Part shown: positions 1 to 8,133 of the stretch, piece by piece
Layout: each line of letters starts with the position of its first letter
How positions within the stretch are numbered: position 1 is the first letter of the stretch
Source of the DNA: a virus
Lineage: Duplodnaviria > Heunggongvirae > Uroviricota > Caudoviricetes
Direction: 5' to 3' (one strand)
Virus record (IMG/VR): IMGVR_UViG_2802429242_000004
DNA: 31,564 nucleotides
Translations under genes and position numbers: made by a program
Notes under the pieces: generated by a model
The model's input: only the letters and a program-made list of their open reading frames with translations
What the model was told of the DNA's origin: nothing
Database searches by the model: none

Positions 1-1014
1 TTACTCTACTGTGGACACTGTGTGGACACTCTCGACCTCAGTACCACCTCTTAGCGGATTAAGAGAAATGGCGTCCTGAAGGTACTCTGGCGCAAAATGA
101 GCGTAAACCATAGTTTGCTCAATCCGCGTGTGACCTAGTATCCGTTGTAGCGTGATAATACTTCCTCCATTAATCATGAAATGAGTGGCAAAGCTGTGCC
201 TTAGTGCATGTGTAGCTTGCCCCATTGGCAAATCCGGTTTTATTGCTTTCATTGTTCGTCTGAAGCGAGGGTAATCAGCATCAGGGAATAAAAAACCTCG
301 TTTGTTATCCGCGATCATTTTGGCAACAGCCTCTGAGATCGGGACGGTGCGTGGTTTGTTTGTTTTCGTTTTAACAAACGTGACGCGGTTATGGATGATA
401 TTTTCTGCTTTCAAACGAGCTGCTTCTCCCCAACGTGCTCCAGTACTCAGGCAAAGAATCGCAATCTTTTTGTTGTCGCCGTCAAGAGCAGCAAGCAGTA
501 AGGCAATTTCTTCCTGCGTGAGATAGCCTGTGTCTGGTTTTTCCTCCTTAAGCCTTTTTGTCCCTCTGATAGGGTGCTCACCAAAGAATAACTCCGCTTC
601 AATCAGGGCTGTAAACATGCCGCTAATACATGTTAAATCACGATTGATACTCGAAGGTTTAATACCCTGACTTCTTCGGGTGGCGCAGTACTGGCTGATA
701 AGCGATTTCGTAATTTGAAATGCGCATGGGTCATTCGTTATTTTTGTGAAGATTTCAATTTTTCCAAGACTAGATTTCCCATGCTCTTCGTGTTTACCCT
801 TTAAATCCCACCAGATCTGTGTCAGCTCCGACAGAAGTCGCTTGTCTGTTGGTTTTGATAGCCATTCTTTATTGTGGTGGTTGTACAACGTGTATTTCTC
901 GAAAGCGACAGCTTCGCTTTTCTTATCAAACTTCCTACGGATGCGTTTTCCATTACGTCCAGTAGGGCGGATGTCCACTTCATATCGACCATCATCGAGT
1001 TTTTTGATTGCCAT
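1..1014 (-). CDS. int: P2-type tyrosine integrase
   Basis: 337-aa ORF with tyrosine-recombinase C-terminal region (..HALRHSFATHF.. / ..LGHTRIEQTMVYAHF..); N-terminus MAIKKLDDGRYEVD as recalled for P2 Int; first gene inside the prophage end. Confidence 0.93.
   Translation of the reverse strand: MAIKKLDDGRYEVDIRPTGRNGKRIRRKFDKKSEAVAFEKYTLYNHHNKEWLSKPTDKRLLSELTQIWWDLKGKHEEHGKSSLGKIEIFTKITNDPCAFQITKSLISQYCATRRSQGIKPSSINRDLTCISGMFTALIEAELFFGEHPIRGTKRLKEEKPDTGYLTQEEIALLLAALDGDNKKIAILCLSTGARWGEAARLKAENIIHNRVTFVKTKTNKPRTVPISEAVAKMIADNKRGFLFPDADYPRFRRTMKAIKPDLPMGQATHALRHSFATHFMINGGSIITLQRILGHTRIEQTMVYAHFAPEYLQDAISLNPLRGGTEVESVHTVSTVE
10..30. repeat. Tandem direct repeat tgtggacact x2, candidate Int arm-type binding sites (overlaps int 3' end)
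   Basis: tgtggacact at 10-19 and 21-30; related tgtggtca / tgtgtggac copies at about 29975-29995 on the other arm. Confidence 0.4.
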
Positions 1015-1129
1015 CAGAAAACCCTCCGAGTGGTGTGTTTTTTTGCGACTACTAATCGCTTTTTTCGTGGTGGCTGAAATTTAGCCACCAATAGTAGGCA
1101 CTTGTGATGAATATATTCACGATGAATTG

Positions 1130-1429
1130 TTAACCAGTCTTTTGACCGGAGTGGGGCGACGTTGTTTCGTTTTGCCCAAAGTGTGCGAGAGCGGGCGCAA
1201 TTTGCCCGGACTCAGGAGCGATCTGATTGGTCATGAACCATAAAGTGTATTTGGTGAATTGTGGGGTCTGCAGGATGTTCATCATGACATCTGTTGGAGG
1301 TGTTGAACGACCACTTTCATAGTAACTCAGCGTGCCATACGGAACCCCTGTTAAATCAGCAAGTTGTTGTCTGCTCAAATACTCTGATTTTCGCATTAAG
1401 ACTATCTTCTCGCTTATCGTGTTTGACAT
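1130..1429 (-). CDS. C: Immunity repressor C (HTH)
   Basis: 99-aa ORF, same length as P2 C; HTH-like segment LSRQQLADLTGVPYGTLSYYE; divergent from cox. Confidence 0.9.
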   Translation of the reverse strand: MSNTISEKIVLMRKSEYLSRQQLADLTGVPYGTLSYYESGRSTPPTDVMMNILQTPQFTKYTLWFMTNQIAPESGQIAPALAHFGQNETTSPHSGQKTG

Positions 1430-1543
1430 GGTGTTTAGATCTCAATAGTATTTAGTTTAGATGTAGATTGTTTAGTGCTTGGATGTGGGCACTAAAAGGC
1501 ATTATAAGACATTAAACGCAATTCATGAGGGCTAGAGGACGAC
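1430..1543. promoter_or_regulatory. Immunity switch region: divergent Pc/Pe promoters and operator repeats
   Basis: 114-bp AT-rich gap between divergent C and cox; repeated TTTAG(A/T) motifs at about 1451-1476; candidate rightward promoter -35 ttggat (1479-1484), 17-bp spacer, -10 ttataa (1502-1507). Confidence 0.5.
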
Positions 1544-1819
1544 ATGAGCAAGCAAGTAACACTCATGACTGATGCGATTCCTTATCAGGAGTTCGCAAAA
1601 CTAATAGGAAAATCGACAGGAGCGGTTCGTCGGATGATCGATAAAGGAAAGCTGCCTGTAATTGATATGACCGATCCACAATCAGCTTCAGGTCGTGCAG
1701 GTGAATATTGGGTATACCTTCCGGCATGGAATAACGGACTAAAACTGGCTTATGAAAGCCGCCCTAAAGAGATTCGTGACGGCTGGTTGATGTGGTTAGG
1801 TCTCGGTGAACCACGTTAA
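1544..1819 (+). CDS. cox: Cox (excisionase / Pc repressor)
   Basis: 91-aa ORF (P2 Cox is 91 aa), first gene of the rightward early operon; RBS gagga upstream. Confidence 0.88.
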   Translation: MSKQVTLMTDAIPYQEFAKLIGKSTGAVRRMIDKGKLPVIDMTDPQSASGRAGEYWVYLPAWNNGLKLAYESRPKEIRDGWLMWLGLGEPR

Positions 1820-1829
1820 GGAGAACCGT

Positions 1830-2000
1830 ATGAATGAGCCTCGTTGTATTGCTCAGTTACTGCGTAACGAAAGCCCCAGGGCGATTGACTTCACCATCAC
1901 CCACGGTAAGGGGCGTAAGGGAATCATTATCCGCACCAAAAAACAGAGTCCGTTAAAAAAGGCTCTGACCTTTCTGAAAAGCCGGAGGGTCTGGAAATGA
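1830..2000 (+). CDS. Small early protein (P2 orf78 position)
   Basis: ORF in the slot between cox and B; start moved to the ATG at 1830, preceded by aaggag at 1818-1823. Confidence 0.6.
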   Translation: MNEPRCIAQLLRNESPRAIDFTITHGKGRKGIIIRTKKQSPLKKALTFLKSRRVWK

Positions 2001-2497
2001 CAGTGATGACGCTCAATCTCGTTGAAAAACAGCCAGCAGCTATGCGCCGGATAATTGGTAAGCATTTGGCCGTCCCTCGCTGGCAGGAGACATGCGATTA
2101 TTATAATCAGATGATGGAACGCGAACGGCTAACGGTTTGCTTTCATGCGCAGTTAAAACAACGTCACGCAACGATGCGTTTTGAAGAAATGAACGACGTC
2201 GAACGTGAACGGCTGGTTTGTGCAATTGATGAATTGCGTGGGGCATTCTCAAAACGCCGTCAGGTTGGCGCAAGTGAGTATGCATATATTAGTTTTTTAA
2301 CAGTCAGTCAGCGTCGCACTTTATTTATGCACGCACGACTGACAGAAAAAGAATTTAACCAGCCATACTGGCGAATTAATGAAGAATCATGTTACTGGCG
2401 TGATACTTTATTCCGTGCATTACGTGAATTATTCAGCCTGTTTGAGTATGCACCGACAATTCTGACGTCGGTAAAACCAGAGCAATATCTGCATTAA
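1997..2497 (+). CDS. B: Replication protein B
   Basis: 166-aa ORF, same length and position as P2 B; start overlaps the upstream stop (ATGA). Confidence 0.88.
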   Translation: MTVMTLNLVEKQPAAMRRIIGKHLAVPRWQETCDYYNQMMERERLTVCFHAQLKQRHATMRFEEMNDVERERLVCAIDELRGAFSKRRQVGASEYAYISFLTVSQRRTLFMHARLTEKEFNQPYWRINEESCYWRDTLFRALRELFSLFEYAPTILTSVKPEQYLH

Positions 2498-2560
2498 GTA
2501 ATTAACCAGAGTTTTTAACGCACTTAATCGTGCGGGGCTTCTTTTTGCCTGGAGAAAGTC

Positions 2561-2785
2561 ATGCATACAGTTTCTGAAAATCAGTGCGGTAAATTCGCAT
2601 TACTGCTGCAACAGGCCAGAACCGAAGCACAGGCCGACGCTGCGACGCGCTTTTCTTCTCATCTTGACGCCATGATTCGCCACATCACAAAGGCGGAGTT
2701 ATCCCGAGTGGAGATAGTCGAGCTGCTCAGTCAGGAGTCGGAAAAATTTCACAATATCGGATTGTCTCGCGGGGAGGTGCTTTGA
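2561..2785 (+). CDS. Early protein (P2 orf80 position)
   Basis: 74-aa ORF in the early operon between B and A. Confidence 0.6.
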   Translation: MHTVSENQCGKFALLLQQARTEAQADAATRFSSHLDAMIRHITKAELSRVEIVELLSQESEKFHNIGLSRGEVL

Positions 2786-3087
2786 TGTCCTGTTCTCGTT
2801 CAATTGTATTACTGAATAACGCCTTAAAAATCGCCGTTATGGAAAATGGCGATTTGTCTCTTATTCAACTTGGTCTTGATAAAGAAAAGCGCGACATAAC
2901 TGAATCTGTTATCGCGATTTATCAGAGCGAATTAAACCTCCTGTCTGATGTGATCAATTTACTTGTGAAACGCGCTGTATTTCACAAGCAAATTTCCTCA
3001 GTGGATGAACTGACAAAATTAACGACAGAACTCGCCAGCTATTGCGCTGATGAATTTAAGAAACTGAACGACAAAAGGAACTGGTAA
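2782..3087 (+). CDS. Early protein (P2 orf81 position)
   Basis: 101-aa ORF, start overlaps upstream stop. Confidence 0.6.
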   Translation: MMSCSRSIVLLNNALKIAVMENGDLSLIQLGLDKEKRDITESVIAIYQSELNLLSDVINLLVKRAVFHKQISSVDELTKLTTELASYCADEFKKLNDKRNW

Positions 3088-3311
3088 TGCCGGACAACGT
3101 AGATTTCATTCAGGAACAACAGGCTGAATTACTGGAGCGCCAGATTAACGCGGCAAGGGTAAAACATTGCTGTGCTTCTGCGCTGGTTTGCGAAGAGTGT
3201 GATGCGCCAATACCTGCTGCCCGTCGTGCGGCTTATCCGTCAGCCACGCGTTGTGTTTCCTGCCAGTCAGTCTTTGAAGCAAAAAACAAGCATTACCGGA
3301 GAATGGCATGA
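3087..3311 (+). CDS. TraR/DksA-like C4 zinc-finger protein (P2 orf82 position)
   Basis: 74-aa ORF with CxxC-x17-CxxC (CEECDAPIPAARRAAYPSATRCVSCQ). Confidence 0.65.
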   Translation: MPDNVDFIQEQQAELLERQINAARVKHCCASALVCEECDAPIPAARRAAYPSATRCVSCQSVFEAKNKHYRRMA

Positions 3312-3583
3312 GTATTCGTATCGAAATTGGCGAACGTTATGTCGTTACCAGTGACAGCTTTCAGTTTATTCTCCACGAGAAAAAGAGAGCGGAAAGCGGT
3401 AAAAACGCCGGTCAGGAATGGCTGTCGGTGGTTGGTTATTATCCGAAATTAAGCCAGCTCGTTTCCGGCCTGATGCATCACGATATTCTGACCGGAAGCG
3501 CAAAGTCTTTTGCTGATTTAAACGCGCAGGTTGAGCAACTCAGCAAGCGTTGTTCAGAGGCTTTTGGCTCATATGGCCGTTAA
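3308..3583 (+). CDS. Early protein (P2 orf83 position)
   Basis: 91-aa ORF, start overlaps upstream stop and 3' end overlaps the start of A. Confidence 0.6.
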   Translation: MSIRIEIGERYVVTSDSFQFILHEKKRAESGKNAGQEWLSVVGYYPKLSQLVSGLMHHDILTGSAKSFADLNAQVEQLSKRCSEAFGSYGR

Positions 3584-5846
3584 AGCCTCCGGGCGTTTTG
3601 TCCCTCCGTCAGCATTTGCCGCAGACACCGGTAAGACGTTTACCGGTGCTTATGCATGGAACGCGCCACGCGAGGCTGTCGGGCGCGAAAGACCCCTTAC
3701 ACGTGACGAGATGCGTCAGGTGCAAGGTGTTTTATCCACGATTAACCGCCTGCCTTACTTTTTGCGCTCGCTGTTTACGTCACGCTATGACTACATCCGG
3801 CGCAATAAAAGCCCGGTGCACGGGTTTTATTTCCTCACATCCACTTTTCAGCGTCGTTTATGGCCGCGCATTGAGCGTGTGAATCAGCGCCATGAAATGA
3901 ACACCGACGCGTCGATGCTGTTTCTGGCTGAGCGTGACCACTATGCGCGCCTGCCGGGGATGAATGACAAGGAGCTGAAAAAGTTTGCCGCCCGTATCTC
4001 ATCGCAGCTTTTCATGATGTATGAGGAACTCTGCGATGCATGGGTTGATGCACATGGCGAGAAAGAATCGCTGTTTACGGATGAGGCGCAGGCGCATCTG
4101 TATGGTCATGTTGCTGGCGCTGCACGTGCTTTCAATATTTCCCCGCTCTACTGGAAAAAATACCGTAAAGGACAGATGACCACGAGGCAGGCATATTCTG
4201 CCATTGCCCGCCTGTTTAACGATGAGTGGTGGACTCATCAGCTTAAAGGCCAGCGTATGCGCTGGCATGAGGCGTTACTGATTGCTGTCGGGGAGGTCAA
4301 TAAAGACCGTTCTCCTTATGCCAGTAAACATGCCATTCGTGATGTGCGTGCGCGCCGCCAGGCAAATCTGGAATTTCTTAAATCGTGTGACCTTGAAAAC
4401 AAGGAAACCGGCGAGCGCATCGACCTTATCAGTAAGGTGATGGGCAGTATTTCTAATCCAGAAATTCGCCGGATGGAGCTGATGAACACCATCGCCGGTA
4501 TTGAGCGTTACGCCGCCGCAGAGGGTGATGTGGGGATGTTTATCACGCTGACCGCGCCGTCAAAGTATCACCCGACACGTCAGGTCAGAAAAGGCGAAAG
4601 TAAAACCGTCCAGCTAAATCACGGCTGGAACGATGAGGCATTTAATCCAAAGGATGCGCAGCGTTATCTCTGCCGTATCTGGAGCCTGATGCGCACGGCA
4701 TTCAAGGATAATGATTTACAGGCCTACGGTTTGCGTGTTGTTGAACCACACCACGACGGAACGCCGCACTGGCATATGATGCTTTTTTGTAATCCACGCC
4801 AGCGTAACCAGATTATTGAAATCATGCGTCGCTATGCGCTCAAAGAGGATGGCGACGAAAGAGGAGCCGCGCGAAACCGTTTTCAGGCAAAACATCTTAA
4901 CCGGGGCGGTGCTGCGGGGTATATCGCAAAATACATCTCAAAAAACATCGATGGCTATGCACTGGATGGTCAGCTCGATAATGATACCGGCAGGCCGCTG
5001 AAAGATACTGCTGCGGCTGTTACCGCATGGGCGTCAACGTGGCGAATTCCGCAATTTAAAACGATTGGCCTGCCGACAATGGGGGCTTACCGTGAACTAC
5101 GCAAATTGCCTCGCGGCGTCAGTATTGCTGATGAGTTTGACGAACGCGTCGAGGCTGCTCGCGCTGCCGCAGACAGTGGTGATTTTGCGTTGTATATCAG
5201 CGCGCAGGGTGGGGCAAATGTCCCGCGCGATTGTCAGACTGTCAGGGTTGCCCGTAGCCCGTCGGATGACGTTAACGAGTACGAGGAAGAAGTCGAGAGA
5301 GTGGTCGGCATTTACGCGCCGCATCTCGGCGCGCGTCATATTCATATCACCAGAACGACGGACTGGCGCATTGTGCCGAAAGTTCCGGTCGTTGAGCCTT
5401 TGACTTTAAAAAGCGGCATCGCCGCGCCTCGGAGTCCTGTCAATAACTGTGGAAAGCTCACCAGTGGTGATACTTCGTTACCGGCTCCCACACCTTCTGA
5501 GCACGTCGCAGCAGTGCTTAATCTGGTTGATGACGGTGTTATCGAATGGAATGACCCGGAGGTCGTGAGGGCGCTCAGGGGCGCATTAAAACACGGACGC
5601 ACCGCAAAGATTTCTGCCGTCTGTTGGTTGAATAATTCGAGATTTTTGGACATGCATAGTTCCCTTTCATCAATTAAAGACCCTTATGCCGACTGGGCAA
5701 AGAGGCTAACTGTAATGGCCTCAAATAACGACCTGAGCTCACGCGAGGTGGACAGTTACACTGAAAAAATGGTTGAACAAGCCAGTAAAGATGAGCTTAT
5801 GGTCGTTATAAAATACCTGTTAAATCACATCAGAATGAGTAAATAA
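3573..5846 (+). CDS. A: Rolling-circle replication initiator A (HUH endonuclease)
   Basis: Large ORF; start trimmed to MAVKASGRF at 3573; HUH motif TPHWHMMLF and tyrosine motif GYIAKYISKN. Confidence 0.92.
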   Translation: MAVKASGRFVPPSAFAADTGKTFTGAYAWNAPREAVGRERPLTRDEMRQVQGVLSTINRLPYFLRSLFTSRYDYIRRNKSPVHGFYFLTSTFQRRLWPRIERVNQRHEMNTDASMLFLAERDHYARLPGMNDKELKKFAARISSQLFMMYEELCDAWVDAHGEKESLFTDEAQAHLYGHVAGAARAFNISPLYWKKYRKGQMTTRQAYSAIARLFNDEWWTHQLKGQRMRWHEALLIAVGEVNKDRSPYASKHAIRDVRARRQANLEFLKSCDLENKETGERIDLISKVMGSISNPEIRRMELMNTIAGIERYAAAEGDVGMFITLTAPSKYHPTRQVRKGESKTVQLNHGWNDEAFNPKDAQRYLCRIWSLMRTAFKDNDLQAYGLRVVEPHHDGTPHWHMMLFCNPRQRNQIIEIMRRYALKEDGDERGAARNRFQAKHLNRGGAAGYIAKYISKNIDGYALDGQLDNDTGRPLKDTAAAVTAWASTWRIPQFKTIGLPTMGAYRELRKLPRGVSIADEFDERVEAARAAADSGDFALYISAQGGANVPRDCQTVRVARSPSDDVNEYEEEVERVVGIYAPHLGARHIHITRTTDWRIVPKVPVVEPLTLKSGIAAPRSPVNNCGKLTSGDTSLPAPTPSEHVAAVLNLVDDGVIEWNDPEVVRALRGALKHGRTAKISAVCWLNNSRFLDMHSSLSSIKDPYADWAKRLTVMASNNDLSSREVDSYTEKMVEQASKDELMVVIKYLLNHIRMSK

Positions 5847-5985
5847 AATGATCTATATCAAGATGTTATCTCACATTTATGAAAGTCCGTGGACAACGAT
5901 TTTTCTGCTAATTGTTGTCAGTACGTGCCTCAACAGTGTGATTGGTGCATTGCGCGGCCAGTGACAACTATAAAAATTGATCAGA

Positions 5986-6012
5986 ACCGGCACCATGAAT
6001 GCCGGTTTTTTT
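5986..6012 (+). terminator. Rho-independent terminator downstream of A
   Basis: Stem accggca (5986-5992) / tgccggt (6000-6006) with 7-nt loop, followed by a T7 run. Confidence 0.6.
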
Positions 6013-6157
6013 GTGCTTTTTCTGTGATATCCCCGTTTTTATCTGTGCATGGTTTTGCATGTGCCGGAGTTACATGTTCTGGCTGTGCGTCCGCCAGGAC
6101 TGGCGTGGCTCAAAAGCGGTATTGCAACTGCATTAAAACCGCCCCATGAAGCGGGCG

Positions 6158-6176
6158 GGCGAGGCGGGGAAAGCAC
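6158..6176. other. cos: cos cohesive-end 19-mer (ggcgaggcggggaaagcac)
   Basis: Exact match to the P2/P4 cohesive-end sequence as I recall it; lies between A and Q as expected for a P2-like genome. Confidence 0.55.
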
Positions 6177-6212
6177 CGCGCGTAAGATAAACAGAAGAGC
6201 GAAGGATTATGG

Positions 6213-6241
6213 TTGAGTATTTGTGTTTTTGTACATATGAT
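6213..6241 (+). promoter_or_regulatory. Predicted sigma70 promoter for the cargo operon
   Basis: -35 ttgagt (6213-6218), 17-bp spacer, -10 tatgat (6236-6241); RBS aaaggag before the ATG at 6283. Confidence 0.4.
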
Positions 6242-6282
6242 AAAAAGGTGTTTACGCTTAAAAACACATCAAAGGAGATGAT

Positions 6283-7584
6283 ATGGAAAATATAAAGATT
6301 GATAAGTTTCTCACTATTCAAAAAGTTGATATTCCTCTTAAGAAAGTGAATATATTTATTGGGCCTCAGGCACAGGGGAAAAGTGTCATTGCAAAGCTAA
6401 TAAAATATTTTAAAGATTACCCTATGGATATACTACGAGCTTCAACAGAGGGTAAAACTAAAAGAGATATATTGAAGGAGCAAAAGAATAAGTTTAGTAA
6501 AATTTTCCCTCAGCAGTATTGGGCTGATGATGAGTTTTTTATTGAGTATAGTAATAAGCACTATTGGGTGCGGATTACTAATCGAAAAGATAGCAAAGGG
6601 TCATTGAAAATAACCCTTTCTGAGAATTTAACGAAGACGATTGCTAAACTTCGTTTGATTGTACGAAAGGATTTAGATGAAAATATTGAGAATTCACTTG
6701 CAGAAAGCGTTACGAGAAGACGTAAACGCGGAATTGAACATGAATTGCGAGTATGTCTTTCTCTAGGATTGTTTTCAGAACCAGAAACAAAGCTTGAAAG
6801 TGTTTTTTATATCCCCGCAGGGCGCTCTTTTTTTGCTAACTTGCAAAAAAATGTGTTTTCATTTTTATCCAGTAGTATAGAAATTGACTACTTTTTGACA
6901 GAGTTTGGTTCTCTGTATGAACAAACAAAAAAATTATTTAGCCAAGATTACATGATTAGGATGCTTAGGGGGGCTGTGCCTCAACATGTTAATAAGCTTG
7001 TGGAGGAGTTGATTTGCGGAAAATATATAACAGAAAAGGGTGAGGATTTTATTCGTCATGCTGCTAAAAAGACGAATCTTAACAACTCGAGCTCAGGGCA
7101 GCAAGAAGCGTTACCAATGGCTTTAATGTTATCCTCATGGCCGTATTTACAGTCTATGACTAGTAAGAGTTTTATTATTGAGGAGCCGGAGGCTCATCTG
7201 TTTCCTTCTGCCCAAGCAAAAGTTGTATCTTTAATAGCCTCAGCGTATAACCAAGCAGAAAGCTATTGTAGCTATACAATAACAACACATAGCCCATATA
7301 TTCTAAGTGCCTTCAATAATTTGATTCAAGCAGGTAATGCATTGAAGTGTATTAAGGGCAAGAATAATGCCGATATCGAACGCTTATATAAGCTTGTTCC
7401 AGAGTCTCAAATTATTGATTTTGATGATGTGACAGCTTATATGGTTAATGCTGGGAAAGTGACGGAAATACTGGATTCCGAACTAAATATATTAGATGCG
7501 AATGAAATAGATAGGATTTCCTCTATTTTTTCAGAGACTTTTGATGCATTGATTGATATCGAATATTCGGCTACTGTGAATTAG
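6283..7584 (+). CDS. ABC-type (AAA_21/OLD-like) ATPase without a nuclease domain; candidate defence component
   Basis: 433 aa; Walker A GPQAQGKS (K33), ABC signature-like SSGQQEAL, Walker B FIIEEPE, H-loop TTHS; region is strongly AT-rich compared with the flanking phage genes. Confidence 0.75.
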   Translation: MENIKIDKFLTIQKVDIPLKKVNIFIGPQAQGKSVIAKLIKYFKDYPMDILRASTEGKTKRDILKEQKNKFSKIFPQQYWADDEFFIEYSNKHYWVRITNRKDSKGSLKITLSENLTKTIAKLRLIVRKDLDENIENSLAESVTRRRKRGIEHELRVCLSLGLFSEPETKLESVFYIPAGRSFFANLQKNVFSFLSSSIEIDYFLTEFGSLYEQTKKLFSQDYMIRMLRGAVPQHVNKLVEELICGKYITEKGEDFIRHAAKKTNLNNSSSGQQEALPMALMLSSWPYLQSMTSKSFIIEEPEAHLFPSAQAKVVSLIASAYNQAESYCSYTITTHSPYILSAFNNLIQAGNALKCIKGKNNADIERLYKLVPESQIIDFDDVTAYMVNAGKVTEILDSELNILDANEIDRISSIFSETFDALIDIEYSATVN

Positions 7585-7592
7585 GTGATTGA

Positions 7593-8030
7593 ATGTGTAA
7601 AAATTGCAAAGGAAAAACAAAAAATAAAATCATTGTGCTATCTGATAAAGGAACGTCAACGCAATTGTCAGTCATAAATGATAATGAGTTGGAGGTTGAG
7701 CATAAGTTAATAGATGGTTGCGCTATTGTTGTTGGGGAGCGGTGTGATCATTATTTGAAGATTTATAACAATCAGGATGTTTCACATCTTTTTGTTGAAC
7801 TTAAAGGAAGTGATGTTGAAAAAGCTGTTAAACAGATAGTGACAACTTTAAAGTCAGGTGTGATTAATGTAGGTGCTAAAGAAAAAAAACATGGTGCTAT
7901 TGTTAGCACTAGGAATCCGCTAAACTCAACAGAAACCAATAAGTTAAAGAAGAAAATTCTTTTGAGTGACGGAGTGAATTTGCATTTCTATAAAATGAAG
8001 GCGCAGCAAAAAATAACTTCTTTTACATGA
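7593..8030 (+). CDS. Small protein with PD-(D/E)xK-like motif; candidate nuclease effector
   Basis: 145 aa; 8 bp after the ATPase stop with its own RBS aggtga; N-terminal CxxC, then D41/D52 ... E69-L-K71 (HLFVELKGSD); lysine-rich C-terminus. Confidence 0.5.
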   Translation: MCKNCKGKTKNKIIVLSDKGTSTQLSVINDNELEVEHKLIDGCAIVVGERCDHYLKIYNNQDVSHLFVELKGSDVEKAVKQIVTTLKSGVINVGAKEKKHGAIVSTRNPLNSTETNKLKKKILLSDGVNLHFYKMKAQQKITSFT

Positions 8031-8043
8031 AGTGTTCTCTTGT

Positions 8044-8067
8044 ACAGGCATGCATTTGCATGCCTGT
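8044..8067. terminator. Hairpin between the convergent cargo operon and Q (probable bidirectional terminator)
   Basis: Perfect 10-bp stem acaggcatgc / gcatgcctgt with 4-nt loop, T-rich sequence after it. Confidence 0.5.
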
Positions 8068-8133
8068 CGTGTAATCTTTTACACTATATTTGTGTTGGTT
8101 CTAATCTTGTTATGTGTTTGTTTCGGTGATGGA

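Noticed and set aside
302-1084. Plus-strand ORFs of 74, 112 and 67 aa overlapping int
   Set aside because: Antisense to int, no RBS, low-complexity products.
1790-1819. Cox C-terminus encodes LGLGE, the same peptide as at the tail-fibre crossover site
   Set aside because: The DNA differs (ttaggtctcggtgaa versus ttggtttgggagaag), so it is a peptide coincidence, not a third recombination site.
5889-6149. 86-aa cysteine-rich ORF between A and cos
   Set aside because: No RBS, runs straight through the terminator hairpin at 5986-6012 and ends just before cos; more likely non-coding packaging and terminator sequence.
6283-7584. Possibility that the cargo ATPase is simply P2 Old
   Set aside because: Old is ~586 aa with a C-terminal TOPRIM nuclease domain; this protein is 433 aa, ends without a TOPRIM-like acidic motif set, and is followed by a separate small gene.
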